Shown piece by piece: positions 9,412-19,093 of a DNA stretch of 64,000 nucleotides. The translations under genes were made by a program, and so were the position numbers. The stretch covers positions 32,001-96,000 of IMG/VR virus record IMGVR_UViG_3300020036_009553; one strand, 5' to 3'. The stretch comes from a virus. Taxonomy: Duplodnaviria; Caudoviricetes. The notes beneath the pieces were generated by a model. It was not told the DNA's origin and made no database searches. It was given only the letters and a program-made list of their open reading frames with translations. Position 1 is the first letter of the stretch; every line of letters starts with the position of its first letter.

Positions 9412-10368
9412 ATGATTTACATCAAAACACAAACAGGATTTGCAGGGCTGGCGGATGGTAAGCCATTTACGGTAGCGGACACACATCCGTGCTTTGGTGA
9501 AATCGAGCAAGCGATTCGTAATAACAATGAGCAATTAGTTCATCAGTTGATTAATCGATCAACCATGCTGGCTACTAACCCACACGTTGTGCACCAGCGA
9601 GTAGAAGTTGATCCAGTGGCAGGGGTGATCTATGTGGATGGTCTCCCGATTGAGAACACCCTCGTCAGCAGAGTAATTTCAATGGCGTTGGAAGGGTATC
9701 AAATTGAATCAATGGTTGCATTCATTGACAATTTGTACCAGAATCCATCCAAGAAAACAATCGATCGTATCTATGCTTGGTTGGAAGCTGGTGAAATGCC
9801 GATTACCGACGATGGGCATTTCATTGCTTATAAGCGAGTTAACAACGACCTGACCTCATTCTACGATAACACGACGAAACATGTCGTCGGTGAAGTGACA
9901 GCAATGGAACGATATCGTTGCGACGACCGAACAGAAGAGACGTGCTCCACTGGGCTGCACTTTTGCTCTTATGGATATCTCTCAAAATATTATTCGGGCA
10001 TGGGCCGAATTTTGGTGCTCAAAATCAATCCAGCGGACGTTGTTGCTATTCCCGACGATTATGGAACATCAAAAGGTCGGGCTTGTAAGTATTTGGTCGT
10101 TGGGGAATTGACCATTGAACAAACATCTGAAGTTGAAACTGTTAATGTTCTGTCAATGCCTGTAATGATTATTGATGAGCAAGACACTATTCCCGAGGAA
10201 CCAACTACCAGTCCTACATATGAACAAGGATATGTGAGGGGATATGCTGTCGCTCGCCAGCAGAAGTTTATCCCTGACATGCCGGATGATGCCAACAGTG
10301 ATTATATTGAAGGGCATTCAGCAGGGTATAGTGACGGCATCTACCACAAAAAACGGATGTATCGGTAG
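9412..10368 (+). CDS. rIIB: rIIB-like protein
   Basis: ITDDGHFIAYKRV, CSTGLHFCS, KINPADVVAIPDDY..KGRACKY; adjacent to rIIA. Confidence 0.92.
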   Translation: MIYIKTQTGFAGLADGKPFTVADTHPCFGEIEQAIRNNNEQLVHQLINRSTMLATNPHVVHQRVEVDPVAGVIYVDGLPIENTLVSRVISMALEGYQIESMVAFIDNLYQNPSKKTIDRIYAWLEAGEMPITDDGHFIAYKRVNNDLTSFYDNTTKHVVGEVTAMERYRCDDRTEETCSTGLHFCSYGYLSKYYSGMGRILVLKINPADVVAIPDDYGTSKGRACKYLVVGELTIEQTSEVETVNVLSMPVMIIDEQDTIPEEPTTSPTYEQGYVRGYAVARQQKFIPDMPDDANSDYIEGHSAGYSDGIYHKKRMYR

Positions 10369-10650
10369 TTTACTAGTAAACACGCGCGTATATGTGTGAA
10401 ATACCAGCTCCAGGTACAGTGTATCATTTATCAAATGCGACAGTGCGGTCGGTACTGTCGCATTTTCTGAAAGTTGACCCGGATCAAGTAGATTTGTCCT
10501 GGGATCTACGCCAAACACCTGATTCCGATCCTGCTGATCCTGATTATGAAGTTCACCAGTTAGTGGTAACAATTCTCCCGCCCACTGGACAATAATTGTT
10601 GAGTTTTACCCATATATACGATATAATTAATTCTTTTGGAGGGTAAAACG

Positions 10651-10869
10651 ATGGACAAGATTACAGGGAAATTGCCGAAACCGCGGCATAAGATCCTCAA
10701 TGATTTACTGAGGACAAAACGGTGTGAGGCCCATGAACCAAAAGCTGGTGATCACACCAACCGAGCAAGATCAAAACAGCAACACATAAAAAACCTTCGC
10801 CAAGAAGGTTTTTTATTGTGTGGAGTTGTGAGTCACAAAAATTGTTGTTCCACATTTTTGGGATTGTGA
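10651..10869 (+). CDS. Small basic protein, possible ArfA-like ribosome rescue factor, with a terminator inside the CDS
   Basis: GGAGG RBS, own promoter (~10598); KPRHK...R...AH...R..KQ pattern; hairpin 10786-10816 lies before the stop codon. Confidence 0.5.
   Translation: MDKITGKLPKPRHKILNDLLRTKRCEAHEPKAGDHTNRARSKQQHIKNLRQEGFLLCGVVSHKNCCSTFLGL
10786..10816. terminator. Bidirectional intrinsic terminator within the 10651 CDS
   Basis: ATAAAAAACCTTC-GCCAA-GAAGGTTTTTTAT. Confidence 0.8.
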
Positions 10870-11168
10870 AATTATCATCATTTTCGTAACCACGAAACTA
10901 CCAAGAATTGTTTGGTAGTCACAAAAAGTCAACAGGGCAGAATGAATTTTCTTGTTTGACTAACCTTTCATTATACTCCGCCCAACGTACAAAAGTCAAC
11001 AGGGCTGTCGTGACTTTTAGGAACGATAGGCGCTCTCGCCGTCCACCCCCCTCTGTTCGATAAGTCCATTATACTCGGAATACAGCCAAAGGACAACGAA
11101 AATTGTAAGTTGACAATCATTGTGAGACGTCGTATAATATGATTTTCCCTCAACAACCGAGATATATC

Positions 11169-11381
11169 ATGTGCACCACAGAATTAGCCCATGCCATCGC
11201 AATTGCCCGTCGTTGCCGTCATCTGTTTGATGCGGATATTCAGTTCCGTTCTGCCGTTCAAACGTCGTCAGAGTTCTACAACGCCTGCATTGCGTATTGT
11301 GGAGCTGAGAACGTGCCTGACATGGGCACCGCCGAGTATGAAGAAATCATCATTGAACTCGAGCAGTGTTTCCTCCAGTAA
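11169..11381 (+). CDS. Hypothetical protein
   Basis: Promoter TTGACA-17-TATAAT at ~11110. Confidence 0.6.
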   Translation: MCTTELAHAIAIARRCRHLFDADIQFRSAVQTSSEFYNACIAYCGAENVPDMGTAEYEEIIIELEQCFLQ

Positions 11382-11391
11382 GGAGTAACAT

Positions 11392-11616
11392 ATGAGTAAC
11401 GATTGGATGCCTTCAAAAGAGGATGTGAAAATCCTCTGTGAAGCAGTTTTGGAGAATTATGTCTCCCAGGATAGAAACACTGGGGGAGATTATTGTTCAC
11501 AATGTGGGAAGCATTATGGAAATGTCCAATACTATTGGGAAGAGGGCAAGAGAGAACCCCATAACCCCAATTGCCCTGTTCTTGTTGCGCAAGATGTAAT
11601 GACAGGAATCGGTTGA
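11392..11616 (+). CDS. Small zinc-finger protein
   Basis: AAGGAG RBS; YCSQCG...H.PNCP. Confidence 0.7.
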   Translation: MSNDWMPSKEDVKILCEAVLENYVSQDRNTGGDYCSQCGKHYGNVQYYWEEGKREPHNPNCPVLVAQDVMTGIG

Positions 11617-11671
11617 CATTATCGATTAGATAAGGGATAATATCTCCATCAACTGACGAAAGGGAATAAAC

Positions 11672-12259
11672 ATGCAATCCGCAATCGACACCCTCATGGC
11701 GATGGACTTTCCTGTTCATAGCCCCAATTTGCTTGCCCAACAAGTCAGAGAGCACATTGAGAATTCTCCTTCTCCGTTGGAGACTGCCAAACGCGTGATC
11801 TACAACATCACGAGTATCGCCGTGGATTACACCGATCTTCTCCTTGCTCGGCATGTCGCTCAAGGTGTCGCGATTGATGCGATTACACGCGATTCTTACG
11901 CGTTTGAAGACAGTGTTCAACGTGCTGAAGATCATCATCGCAAACTCCTCACGAAAATGCCCTACATTTCTCTGGCATATACACCAGCTGAAGTGTCTCT
12001 CAGTGGTGCGACAAAGACAACAACTTCTGTTGCAGTTGCCGAAGGAATCACAACCACAGTTGAAGTGAAAGCTGATGGAAAGATCAAGAAGGGCGGCAAG
12101 CAAGTTTTGGCCGTAGAGATGTATCAACTTCATGTGACCAATTCGCCCACACCAATGACGAATCAAGAGTTCATTGCTCTGTTGATGAAAGAACTCCAGA
12201 TGACCAAACCTGGGGCAACGACATACGCATACAATTGCCGCAAAGCAGCCCAAAAATGA
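11672..12259 (+). CDS. Hypothetical protein with C-terminal GA.TY helical domain
   Basis: LLMKELQMTKPGATTYAYNCRK; own promoter ~11613. Confidence 0.8.
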   Translation: MQSAIDTLMAMDFPVHSPNLLAQQVREHIENSPSPLETAKRVIYNITSIAVDYTDLLLARHVAQGVAIDAITRDSYAFEDSVQRAEDHHRKLLTKMPYISLAYTPAEVSLSGATKTTTSVAVAEGITTTVEVKADGKIKKGGKQVLAVEMYQLHVTNSPTPMTNQEFIALLMKELQMTKPGATTYAYNCRKAAQK

Positions 12260-12478
12260 TCATTCGTGGCATGATTTATAATGCGAGTTATAGCGGGTGT
12301 GAGGGGTGGTCTCGTCACCTTGTTCGTGAGATCCGCTTCACGACAACCGCCGCGCGAGCAACAGCAGCAAAGCGTAGAGCAGAAATCCGGGTTGCTTCAA
12401 CAGCACCCACGTACACGAGACGAATCATCAAATGGGTCAATTGACCCCATATTGTAACCCAACAACAAGGAAACACAG

Positions 12479-12703
12479 GTGTATTGGACAGATTACCCAT
12501 TTAAAGAGTTGGGAGACATTCCTTTCACGATTGCTCCAATTCGTCCCGTTATCGTAAAGGAGTGGGACAGAAACAAATATGTCCGTGTTGAGGTGGAAGG
12601 ACAGGAGTTTGAAATTAAAGAGGGGTATATTTACACTGAACCAGGCCGGTGTGGGTCAGTCCCGGGTCTCAAATTTCCACGGACACACATCTCTCAATAT
12701 TGA
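12479..12703 (+). CDS. Small hypothetical phage protein
   Basis: AAGGA RBS, GTG start. Confidence 0.6.
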   Translation: MYWTDYPFKELGDIPFTIAPIRPVIVKEWDRNKYVRVEVEGQEFEIKEGYIYTEPGRCGSVPGLKFPRTHISQY

Positions 12704-12756
12704 GTTGTATTTCTCTTGGAGGTGTGGTATAATGACATCTTTGAGAGGAGGACACA

Positions 12757-12945
12757 ATGGATGTTGCAATATTGGCAGATGGCCGTGTCTGCAAACTCAT
12801 ACGTGATGATGTTGATGTCCAATTCAGCAACCTTCCAGGTTGGAGCCTCGTTGCTCGTCCATTGGAGGTTCCGATCCTCACGCATCAAACGGCTTGGTGG
12901 GTTCAATCAACCGAAATCAAAAATCGCTTTACAATATCCACGTAA
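12757..12945 (+). CDS. Small hypothetical protein
   Basis: GAGGAGG RBS, promoter ~12705. Confidence 0.6.
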   Translation: MDVAILADGRVCKLIRDDVDVQFSNLPGWSLVARPLEVPILTHQTAWWVQSTEIKNRFTIST

Positions 12946-12977
12946 TGTGGTATACTGATATTTTTGGAGATACTTCA

Positions 12978-13304
12978 ATGGTCATGAGTAGTTTTGCCGC
13001 TCAACAGAATTTGCCACGTCATTCCGCATCGTTGTTCTCGATCTTGCCGAAATCCAAGGTATATTATGCAGATGTCACCGATCTACCAAGGCCCGTAGCA
13101 AGCCGCGTTGACGGCACGACTGCTGTTGGGTTTGTGATGGTATCTGTCATCACACCTGGTGATACCGCCACGTTCACGTGCGATGAGACTCCAGCTCGTG
13201 GTGAAGATGGGGATCTTGAGTTTTGGGTGTTTAGTCCTACTGCGGAGACGATCGCAACTCACCCCAAACTGAAGGGATGGACAGTGAAGATTTTCAACGA
13301 TTAA
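12978..13304 (+). CDS. Hypothetical protein
   Basis: GGAG RBS before ATG 12978. Confidence 0.6.
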   Translation: MVMSSFAAQQNLPRHSASLFSILPKSKVYYADVTDLPRPVASRVDGTTAVGFVMVSVITPGDTATFTCDETPARGEDGDLEFWVFSPTAETIATHPKLKGWTVKIFND

Positions 13305-13535
13305 CCGTTGATTATTAACAGTATTTGTGAGATAATGACATTTTGAGGAGAAAACGACGATGACACGCAAAGAAGAATTTGACGGATGGAAACGATTCAT
13401 GGATCGTGAAGATTTGAAGGCGGAGAAGGGCGAGAGTTCTGTCTTCCCCGCCGATCATCGTTGGACGTTTGTTGAGGACAAACAAGGCAACCCAAAAAAT
13501 GGAGCAGCTGCGATGCATGATCGGTACGGCTCGTT

Positions 13536-13769
13536 TTGATGGAAACATTGTTCAACATAATGAGCATTCCAATCTTATTTCTCACTGTCATGCTATTGGT
13601 GGGAGCTGGTTCATATGTGGTGTTCTTGTTGGGCCAGTTCCTTGTCAACCAGTATTTGAATGGGCGTGGGTCTGCGGAAACAGAAGATGTGGCATCGATC
13701 GTGGTGGGCTTGATCGTGTTAATCGTGGTTTATCTGATTTGCTTTGTGGGGTATCGTTGGCTGTTTTAA
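13536..13769 (+). CDS. Small two-TM membrane protein
   Basis: Two hydrophobic stretches. Confidence 0.55.
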   Translation: MMETLFNIMSIPILFLTVMLLVGAGSYVVFLLGQFLVNQYLNGRGSAETEDVASIVVGLIVLIVVYLICFVGYRWLF

Positions 13770-13985
13770 TTGTTGACATCGCCAGTGAGTTACTGTACAA
13801 TGTCTTTATTGAATCAAACAACAGGAGTTTTAAAGAGATGAAGTATATAGAGATCGGGCTGTACTGACAAGAGCCCGCCCAAAAGTCAGCCTCGGTAGTG
13901 ACGACTATTAGAGGATAGAGATCAACGGAAGACGGATCCGATAACGCAATAAACCATTTCTCAACTGATATCAAGGAGTTACATT

Positions 13986-14285
13986 ATGTCCAGCAACAGC
14001 AAATCCGCTCGCCGTGTCGCCCTCCGCAAGGCCATCACCGCCACTCACAAAAATGGTGACAAGGTCGGCGCCTCCACCCGCAAGAATACCAACCGCAACG
14101 GTTGGGCACAGGTCAAGGACGAAAACGGTCGCCTCGCGATCTTCCGCGAACGTGATCAGGAAGCCAAGAACGCCGAACAGGCTGCTCTGAAAGAAGAGCA
14201 GGCAGCGGCGAAAGCAGCTGCAAAGGCCGAGCGAGAGGCCGCGAAAGTGGCAGGACGAAACAAACGTGGTCGCTTGGACGACTAA
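13986..14285 (+). CDS. Basic Ala-rich protein, probably highly expressed
   Basis: AAGGAG RBS, GC-rich codon bias, followed by a terminator. Confidence 0.8.
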   Translation: MSSNSKSARRVALRKAITATHKNGDKVGASTRKNTNRNGWAQVKDENGRLAIFRERDQEAKNAEQAALKEEQAAAKAAAKAEREAAKVAGRNKRGRLDD

Positions 14286-14290
14286 CACGA

Positions 14291-14318
14291 AAAAAAGGGA
14301 GATTCGTCTCCCTTTTTT
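14291..14318 (+). terminator. Intrinsic terminator
   Basis: AAAAAAGGGAGA-TTCG-TCTCCCTTTTTT. Confidence 0.85.
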
Positions 14319-14639
14319 GTTGACAATTCGTGAGAATTGTTATATAATTACCTCATTGACTAACAAATCCACGGAAAACAAATGAAAATCGTCTCCGCTT
14401 CTGATTTTGGTGTTGTCGCTTCAATGGAACATAGCTGTGGACACATTGTGGAAATGTGGTATGCAGCTGAGGAGTTTGCACTCTCGGACGTGGAGTCCAT
14501 GAAAGCTCGTCCTTGCCTCCAGTGCAGGGTCGGCTTTCCTCTCCCCATTCCTCATTGTCAAGATCGTTGACTCCCATACCAATTTATGGTATAATGATTA
14601 TTGTCAACTGACATAATGATTGCCAAGAGGAGCTTTAAC

Positions 14640-14921
14640 ATGTTTAATGTTCGTATGTGGGACTGTACTAAGCCAATAGCGGCAAAATCGTTGGCAAAAC
14701 CACCTGGTACCCTCATCTTCTCAGGGGAGGATGGTGAAGCAGCATTGGAAATAGTGCAGACTCTCATTACATCTGTGTTGGCCGAAGATGGTGTTCGCTT
14801 CACCGCCGCCTCCGTCCACGAAGATGATGACAACATCCTTACCATTGTCCTCAATAACGCGGATAATTCGTGCCGAATGGTAATCGTTGTCACTTGTCTC
14901 CCCAACTCCGACCCTAGTTGA
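14640..14921 (+). CDS. Hypothetical protein, tandem paralogue A
   Basis: GED.E.AL...Q.L..SVLAEDGV..F.ASV..D.DNI.TIVL.NAD shared with 14991. Confidence 0.75.
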   Translation: MFNVRMWDCTKPIAAKSLAKPPGTLIFSGEDGEAALEIVQTLITSVLAEDGVRFTAASVHEDDDNILTIVLNNADNSCRMVIVVTCLPNSDPS

Positions 14922-14990
14922 TTTCCCATCCCATTCGTAGTATAATGATCGCTGTCAATCGACATAATCATCACCAAGAGGAGCTTTAAC

Positions 14991-15287
14991 ATGGTTAACG
15001 TGTGCGTGTGGGACTATACACAATCAGTAGCAAAATTGATGGCAGGTCCAACTACTGTCACCAGTTTTCCGGGGGAGGACAGCGAGGGAGCTCTAGTGAT
15101 GGCCCAAGCCCTCGTCGTCTCTGTGTTGGCTGAAGATGGGGTTCATCCATTCTCCGCCTCTGTTAACGATGATAGCGACAATATTTTTACCATTGTCCTC
15201 GATAACGCCGACCATTCACACCGGATGGCAATCGTTGTCACCCGCTCTTCCATCCTGCCTCTTGTTGATCTTCCATCCCATTCGTAG
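14991..15287 (+). CDS. Hypothetical protein, tandem paralogue B
   Basis: Paralogue of 14640, including leader CCAAGAGGAGCTTTAACATG. Confidence 0.75.
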   Translation: MVNVCVWDYTQSVAKLMAGPTTVTSFPGEDSEGALVMAQALVVSVLAEDGVHPFSASVNDDSDNIFTIVLDNADHSHRMAIVVTRSSILPLVDLPSHS

Positions 15288-15334
15288 TATAATGATCTTC
15301 GTCAACTGACGCAACCACAACCAAGGAGATTCAA

Positions 15335-15898
15335 ATGATGACCACCAATCCTCTTACCACCCTCATCGGCAAAACCGTCCTCAATGGCATGACTGAAATG
15401 ACGATCACCGCATTCCTCGACAAGCAAGGCACGATCAAGAGCGGCGATCGTCTTCCGTACATCCAACTCGTCGGCGGAGATACGGAACTGTCCCTCCATC
15501 CGCAGCATGCCATGTCGTTGATGAAAACGGGCAAGTACAAGGAGCTGTCCATCCTCAGCGAAATCGCCGGCGAGCAAGTCGTTCTCGATTCGTCCTCCGC
15601 TACCAACGAAGGTGAGGCTGAAGTCGAAGTCGAGGTCGAAGCCGCTCCTGTTGAAGTCGAAGCCGCTCCTGTTGAAGTCGAAGCCGCTCCTGTTGAAGTC
15701 GAAGCCGCTCCTGTTGAACCCACTCCTGCAAAGGAGAAAAAGGTGAACAAGCGCCAACAAACCGAAGAGTTGTACATTGAAGGTCACAAGCAAGGACTGA
15801 CCCGCAAAGCAATCATTACTCAAATGAAGGCACAACTGGGCATGAGTGATGCTGGGGCAAATACGTACTACCAGAACGCCAAGACCAAGCTTGGGTAA
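15335..15898 (+). CDS. Protein with acidic VEAAPVE linker repeats and C-terminal GA.TYYQN domain
   Basis: RKAIITQMKAQLGMSDAGANTYYQN; AAGGAG RBS. Confidence 0.85.
   Translation: MMTTNPLTTLIGKTVLNGMTEMTITAFLDKQGTIKSGDRLPYIQLVGGDTELSLHPQHAMSLMKTGKYKELSILSEIAGEQVVLDSSSATNEGEAEVEVEVEAAPVEVEAAPVEVEAAPVEVEAAPVEPTPAKEKKVNKRQQTEELYIEGHKQGLTRKAIITQMKAQLGMSDAGANTYYQNAKTKLG
15635..15718 (+). repeat. In-frame tandem repeat, 4 x 21 bp (GTCGAAGCCGCTCCTGTTGAA)
   Basis: Four identical copies encoding VEAAPVE. Confidence 0.95.
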
Positions 15899-15902
15899 CA
15901 TC

Positions 15903-15931
15903 AACGGTGGGGAGAGATCCTCCCCACCGTT
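15903..15931 (+). terminator. Terminator-like hairpin
   Basis: AACGGTGGGGAG/CTCCCCACCGTT. Confidence 0.7.
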
Positions 15932-16594
15932 GTCTTTGGTAGTGTTTACTAGTATAATGCCTTTATCAAATGAGACATTGCAGTAGTAATCATTAACCAA
16001 CAAGGACAATATCATGTACACAGTTTTTGGATATGATTGGGATGGTACGGACTTCCGCTTCACATTCGATAGCTTCGTTGCAGCAGTCAAGTGTTTCAAA
16101 AGCTGGAGTTTCACAGTCGTATTCATCAAGCGGGACACAATCGGTTCGTGCAGGTTTGTTCAGTAATAAAAAAGGGACAGGATGATGAAAAACAAATTGA
16201 GGCCATTTCTAACGTGGCAAGAATTGAAAGACAGGATTGCTTCGTTCACCCCTGAACAACTGGCGAACGATGTGATTGTGTACAATACGTTGGATGGTGA
16301 TGCGTGGGGAGTGAGGTCAGTACTTGTGGTAGGGGTGGATGAAGAGGATCCCGCTGCCATGACCAGCGATCTGTTTGATCAAGGACAACCCTACTTGACG
16401 TTTAACGAGCCATAACTATTTCATCGGCATGAAAATAGGGTGGGACTTAGTTTTAGGGCAATTGCGGTTGCCCTAAAAGTGATTTGTCGTCAATGAAGAC
16501 AAGTCTACAGTAGGTCCATGTCAAAAGTCAACGGTTGATTTTCATCACATCATGTAGTACAATGTCTCTACCGACTAACAACACAGGACTAATC

Positions 16595-16909
16595 ATGGCC
16601 CACCCCTATTATGAAGCTGTTGCGATTTGCGCAAAGTGGATTGCTGAACGCGTCATTGAAAACGCCAACGACAACGACGAGGACGCCACACTGTATTCCA
16701 CCGATGAAGAGGTTGTCAACCTCTACCTTCGTGAACTCGCAGCTGACATCAGCAAGGCCTTGCCTGCCGCGATTACCGAGTCCCTGGCTGATGACGAGTA
16801 TGATGACGATTCTGGGATGACAGACGCTGAGGCTGATGCTGATGCGTTGGCCTCAGCAGGGTGGGGGACGGATGAAGACTACGGTGATTATGGAGGGTAT
16901 GACGACTAA
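16595..16909 (+). CDS. Highly acidic small protein
   Basis: D/E-rich; AGGA RBS; own promoter ~16535. Confidence 0.75.
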   Translation: MAHPYYEAVAICAKWIAERVIENANDNDEDATLYSTDEEVVNLYLRELAADISKALPAAITESLADDEYDDDSGMTDAEADADALASAGWGTDEDYGDYGGYDD

Positions 16910-16910
16910 C

Positions 16911-17374
16911 TGTTGACTTTGTGAGCCATTTGAGATATAATGGCTCCATCAACTGGAGAACAACATGACCACCACCCCTGTTATTGTTACTCGTGACTCT
17001 CTCACCAAAATGATCACCAACCCGAACGCTGAATACGTTAAACGCGTCCTTGGCAAGGCATTGGTGGCAATCTTCAAGAGGCAGACTGAAGCAGAACAAA
17101 CCACCGACTCCACTCAAAACGATAATGGGGTGGGGTTTGCGGGATGTGATGCACGTTCTGGGTCGCTCACAGCAAAGTTCTTCATGAAACACAACACTCT
17201 TGCTGACTGGCAGGTCGCTGCGTGGACACGCGTTGGAAAGAACGGATATGCCCGAATCTGCAAGTATCACGCTCAACTGAATGAAATTGCAACATCTCGT
17301 CCACAACGGACAGCAAGTCTGTAATTGTTGACTTTGTGAGCCATTTGAGATATAATGGCTCCATCAACTGGAGA
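16911..17374 (+). repeat. Identical 49 bp promoter cassettes (16911-16959, 17326-17374) flanking one gene
   Basis: TGTTGACTTTGTGAGCCATTTGAGATATAATGGCTCCATCAACTGGAGA occurs twice. Confidence 0.9.
16965..17324 (+). CDS. Hypothetical phage protein
   Basis: Own promoter cassette and RBS; NGVGFAGCDA motif. Confidence 0.8.
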   Translation: MTTTPVIVTRDSLTKMITNPNAEYVKRVLGKALVAIFKRQTEAEQTTDSTQNDNGVGFAGCDARSGSLTAKFFMKHNTLADWQVAAWTRVGKNGYARICKYHAQLNEIATSRPQRTASL

Positions 17375-17379
17375 TACAT

Positions 17380-17667
17380 ATGACGACATCTGTTGTTAGA
17401 AAACATGTGAAACAAATCAAACAAGTCGTTGCAAAGCACTACAATTTTTGGAGAGTGTTCAACGACAAGCGCCTATATGGTCGTCGTCTGAAATTCATGA
17501 AAAACGGATACAAATACACAGACGAAGAATACAAACAAATTGTTGATAACATCGTGAAGGAGTTGAAAGCTCACAATATCCCACACATCAAAGTGTACAA
17601 AGCAGTTAGTGTCCGTTCATTTTATGGGCCATACACGTTTCTGGCTGTTACGTTGATCGACGACTGA
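17380..17667 (+). CDS. Basic protein of the FNDKR..GRRLK family (paralogue of 29276, 30023)
   Basis: VFNDKRLYGRRLKF. Confidence 0.75.
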   Translation: MTTSVVRKHVKQIKQVVAKHYNFWRVFNDKRLYGRRLKFMKNGYKYTDEEYKQIVDNIVKELKAHNIPHIKVYKAVSVRSFYGPYTFLAVTLIDD

Positions 17668-17747
17668 CCACACTAAAGATTGTTGACTTTCGTCGTCAGT
17701 TGGTGGATAATGATCTTCATCAACTGACGACAACCGAGGAGATTCAA

Positions 17748-17990
17748 ATGAACAAAACTCTTGAACAAAGTTCCCTCATACCTCTTACCGAATATGCGAA
17801 ACGTGTGTGGAGCGCACCATCACTTGACGCAAAGCGTCAGATCATTCACGAGGCGATTGCGGTGTTCAAGTTCAAAGGAAAGGCTGAACGTTTTCGTCGT
17901 CAGATTGATGCTGAATGCAAGGCATCACGACTCGACCAGTTCGCCGCAAACTTGGTCTTACTCGAATCTGGTGACAAAGTAATTCACTGA
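17748..17990 (+). CDS. Hypothetical protein
   Basis: Hairpin promoter 17682-17731, GAGGAG RBS. Confidence 0.7.
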   Translation: MNKTLEQSSLIPLTEYAKRVWSAPSLDAKRQIIHEAIAVFKFKGKAERFRRQIDAECKASRLDQFAANLVLLESGDKVIH

Positions 17991-17995
17991 GAAAA

Positions 17996-18307
17996 TTGAT
18001 GAAAATCACAACATTCAACAAGTTGAAAGCTGAACTTCAACTCTATTTGTTGGAAACAGCATTAGTAGACAACCAAACAACGGATGACGATGTCAAGCGA
18101 TTTGTTGCCATGATGCTCGCAAGTGAATGTGCTGATATGAATCGTCGAGAAATGATCGACTTGTTCGTTGATGGAGTTCCGCCGATGACCAAAAAACGTG
18201 TTGTTGGATGGTTGAAAAACTGTGAGGAATGTGCAGAAAACGACGACGATGCACGTCCTCCCTGGCCCTTGTTGTTCAAAGAATTCTACGGACCAAAGAG
18301 TCGTTGA
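17996..18307 (+). CDS. Hypothetical protein
   Basis: Operonic ORF. Confidence 0.65.
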   Translation: MMKITTFNKLKAELQLYLLETALVDNQTTDDDVKRFVAMMLASECADMNRREMIDLFVDGVPPMTKKRVVGWLKNCEECAENDDDARPPWPLLFKEFYGPKSR

Positions 18308-18365
18308 CTTTGTGGTTCGGGTATGAGATAATACATTTTTCAACACACACGAGACGGAGTGATAA

Positions 18366-18704
18366 ATGTACAACGATGACGTTGAAATGAAGTACGGAGA
18401 TATCTACGAAATAGAGAAAGACTCTCCTCTTCTTGGCATGGTGACCGCCCTCAAAGAGGGGAAGACGATTACCGAATTCGAAGTGGAGGAAGATTGGAAA
18501 GACGACCACGAAATCTGTCTTGGATGTCGGGTAGTCGTCGATGGTGTTGAATATCGGGTCGGTTTGTTGTGGTTGAATTTCTGCGGAATTCGGATGGCAT
18601 TAGGAGCAGAATTTCAGGATGCCGAAAGTATCACATCGTTGACCGAATTCATTCTCGACAGCGCCACATTTGTCGATGACGACACCGATGAAGTTGATGA
18701 GTAG
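18366..18704 (+). CDS. Acidic protein (paralogue of 27040)
   Basis: EEDWKDDHEICLGCRVVVDG. Confidence 0.75.
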   Translation: MYNDDVEMKYGDIYEIEKDSPLLGMVTALKEGKTITEFEVEEDWKDDHEICLGCRVVVDGVEYRVGLLWLNFCGIRMALGAEFQDAESITSLTEFILDSATFVDDDTDEVDE

Positions 18705-19093
18705 AGATTAACATCTCCGTTGACGGAAGAGGACATTTGGTAGATAATGTCCTCTTTCCATCACCATCTCTCCTCATGTCCTATCATTTCCACTACCAAA
18801 TCATCAAACGAACTAACACTCGGTCAACATCCTATTCGTGGGCATCAATAAAGGCCGTATTAGATCGTAACGGTTTGTCATATGAACTCCCGAATGTCTT
18901 AATTGTGGATGTACGAGTCTCCTTTGACACCAGAGAAGAGGCCGTAATATTCCGTACTAGGTTTGAACAGGACTTGAGAATTGTCCACCGTAACGTAACG
19001 TACACAGTCAAAATAACCAAAACTTGAGTTGACATCTGTCGTCAGTTGGTGGATAATGATCTTCATCAACTGACGACACATGAGGAATTCTAA

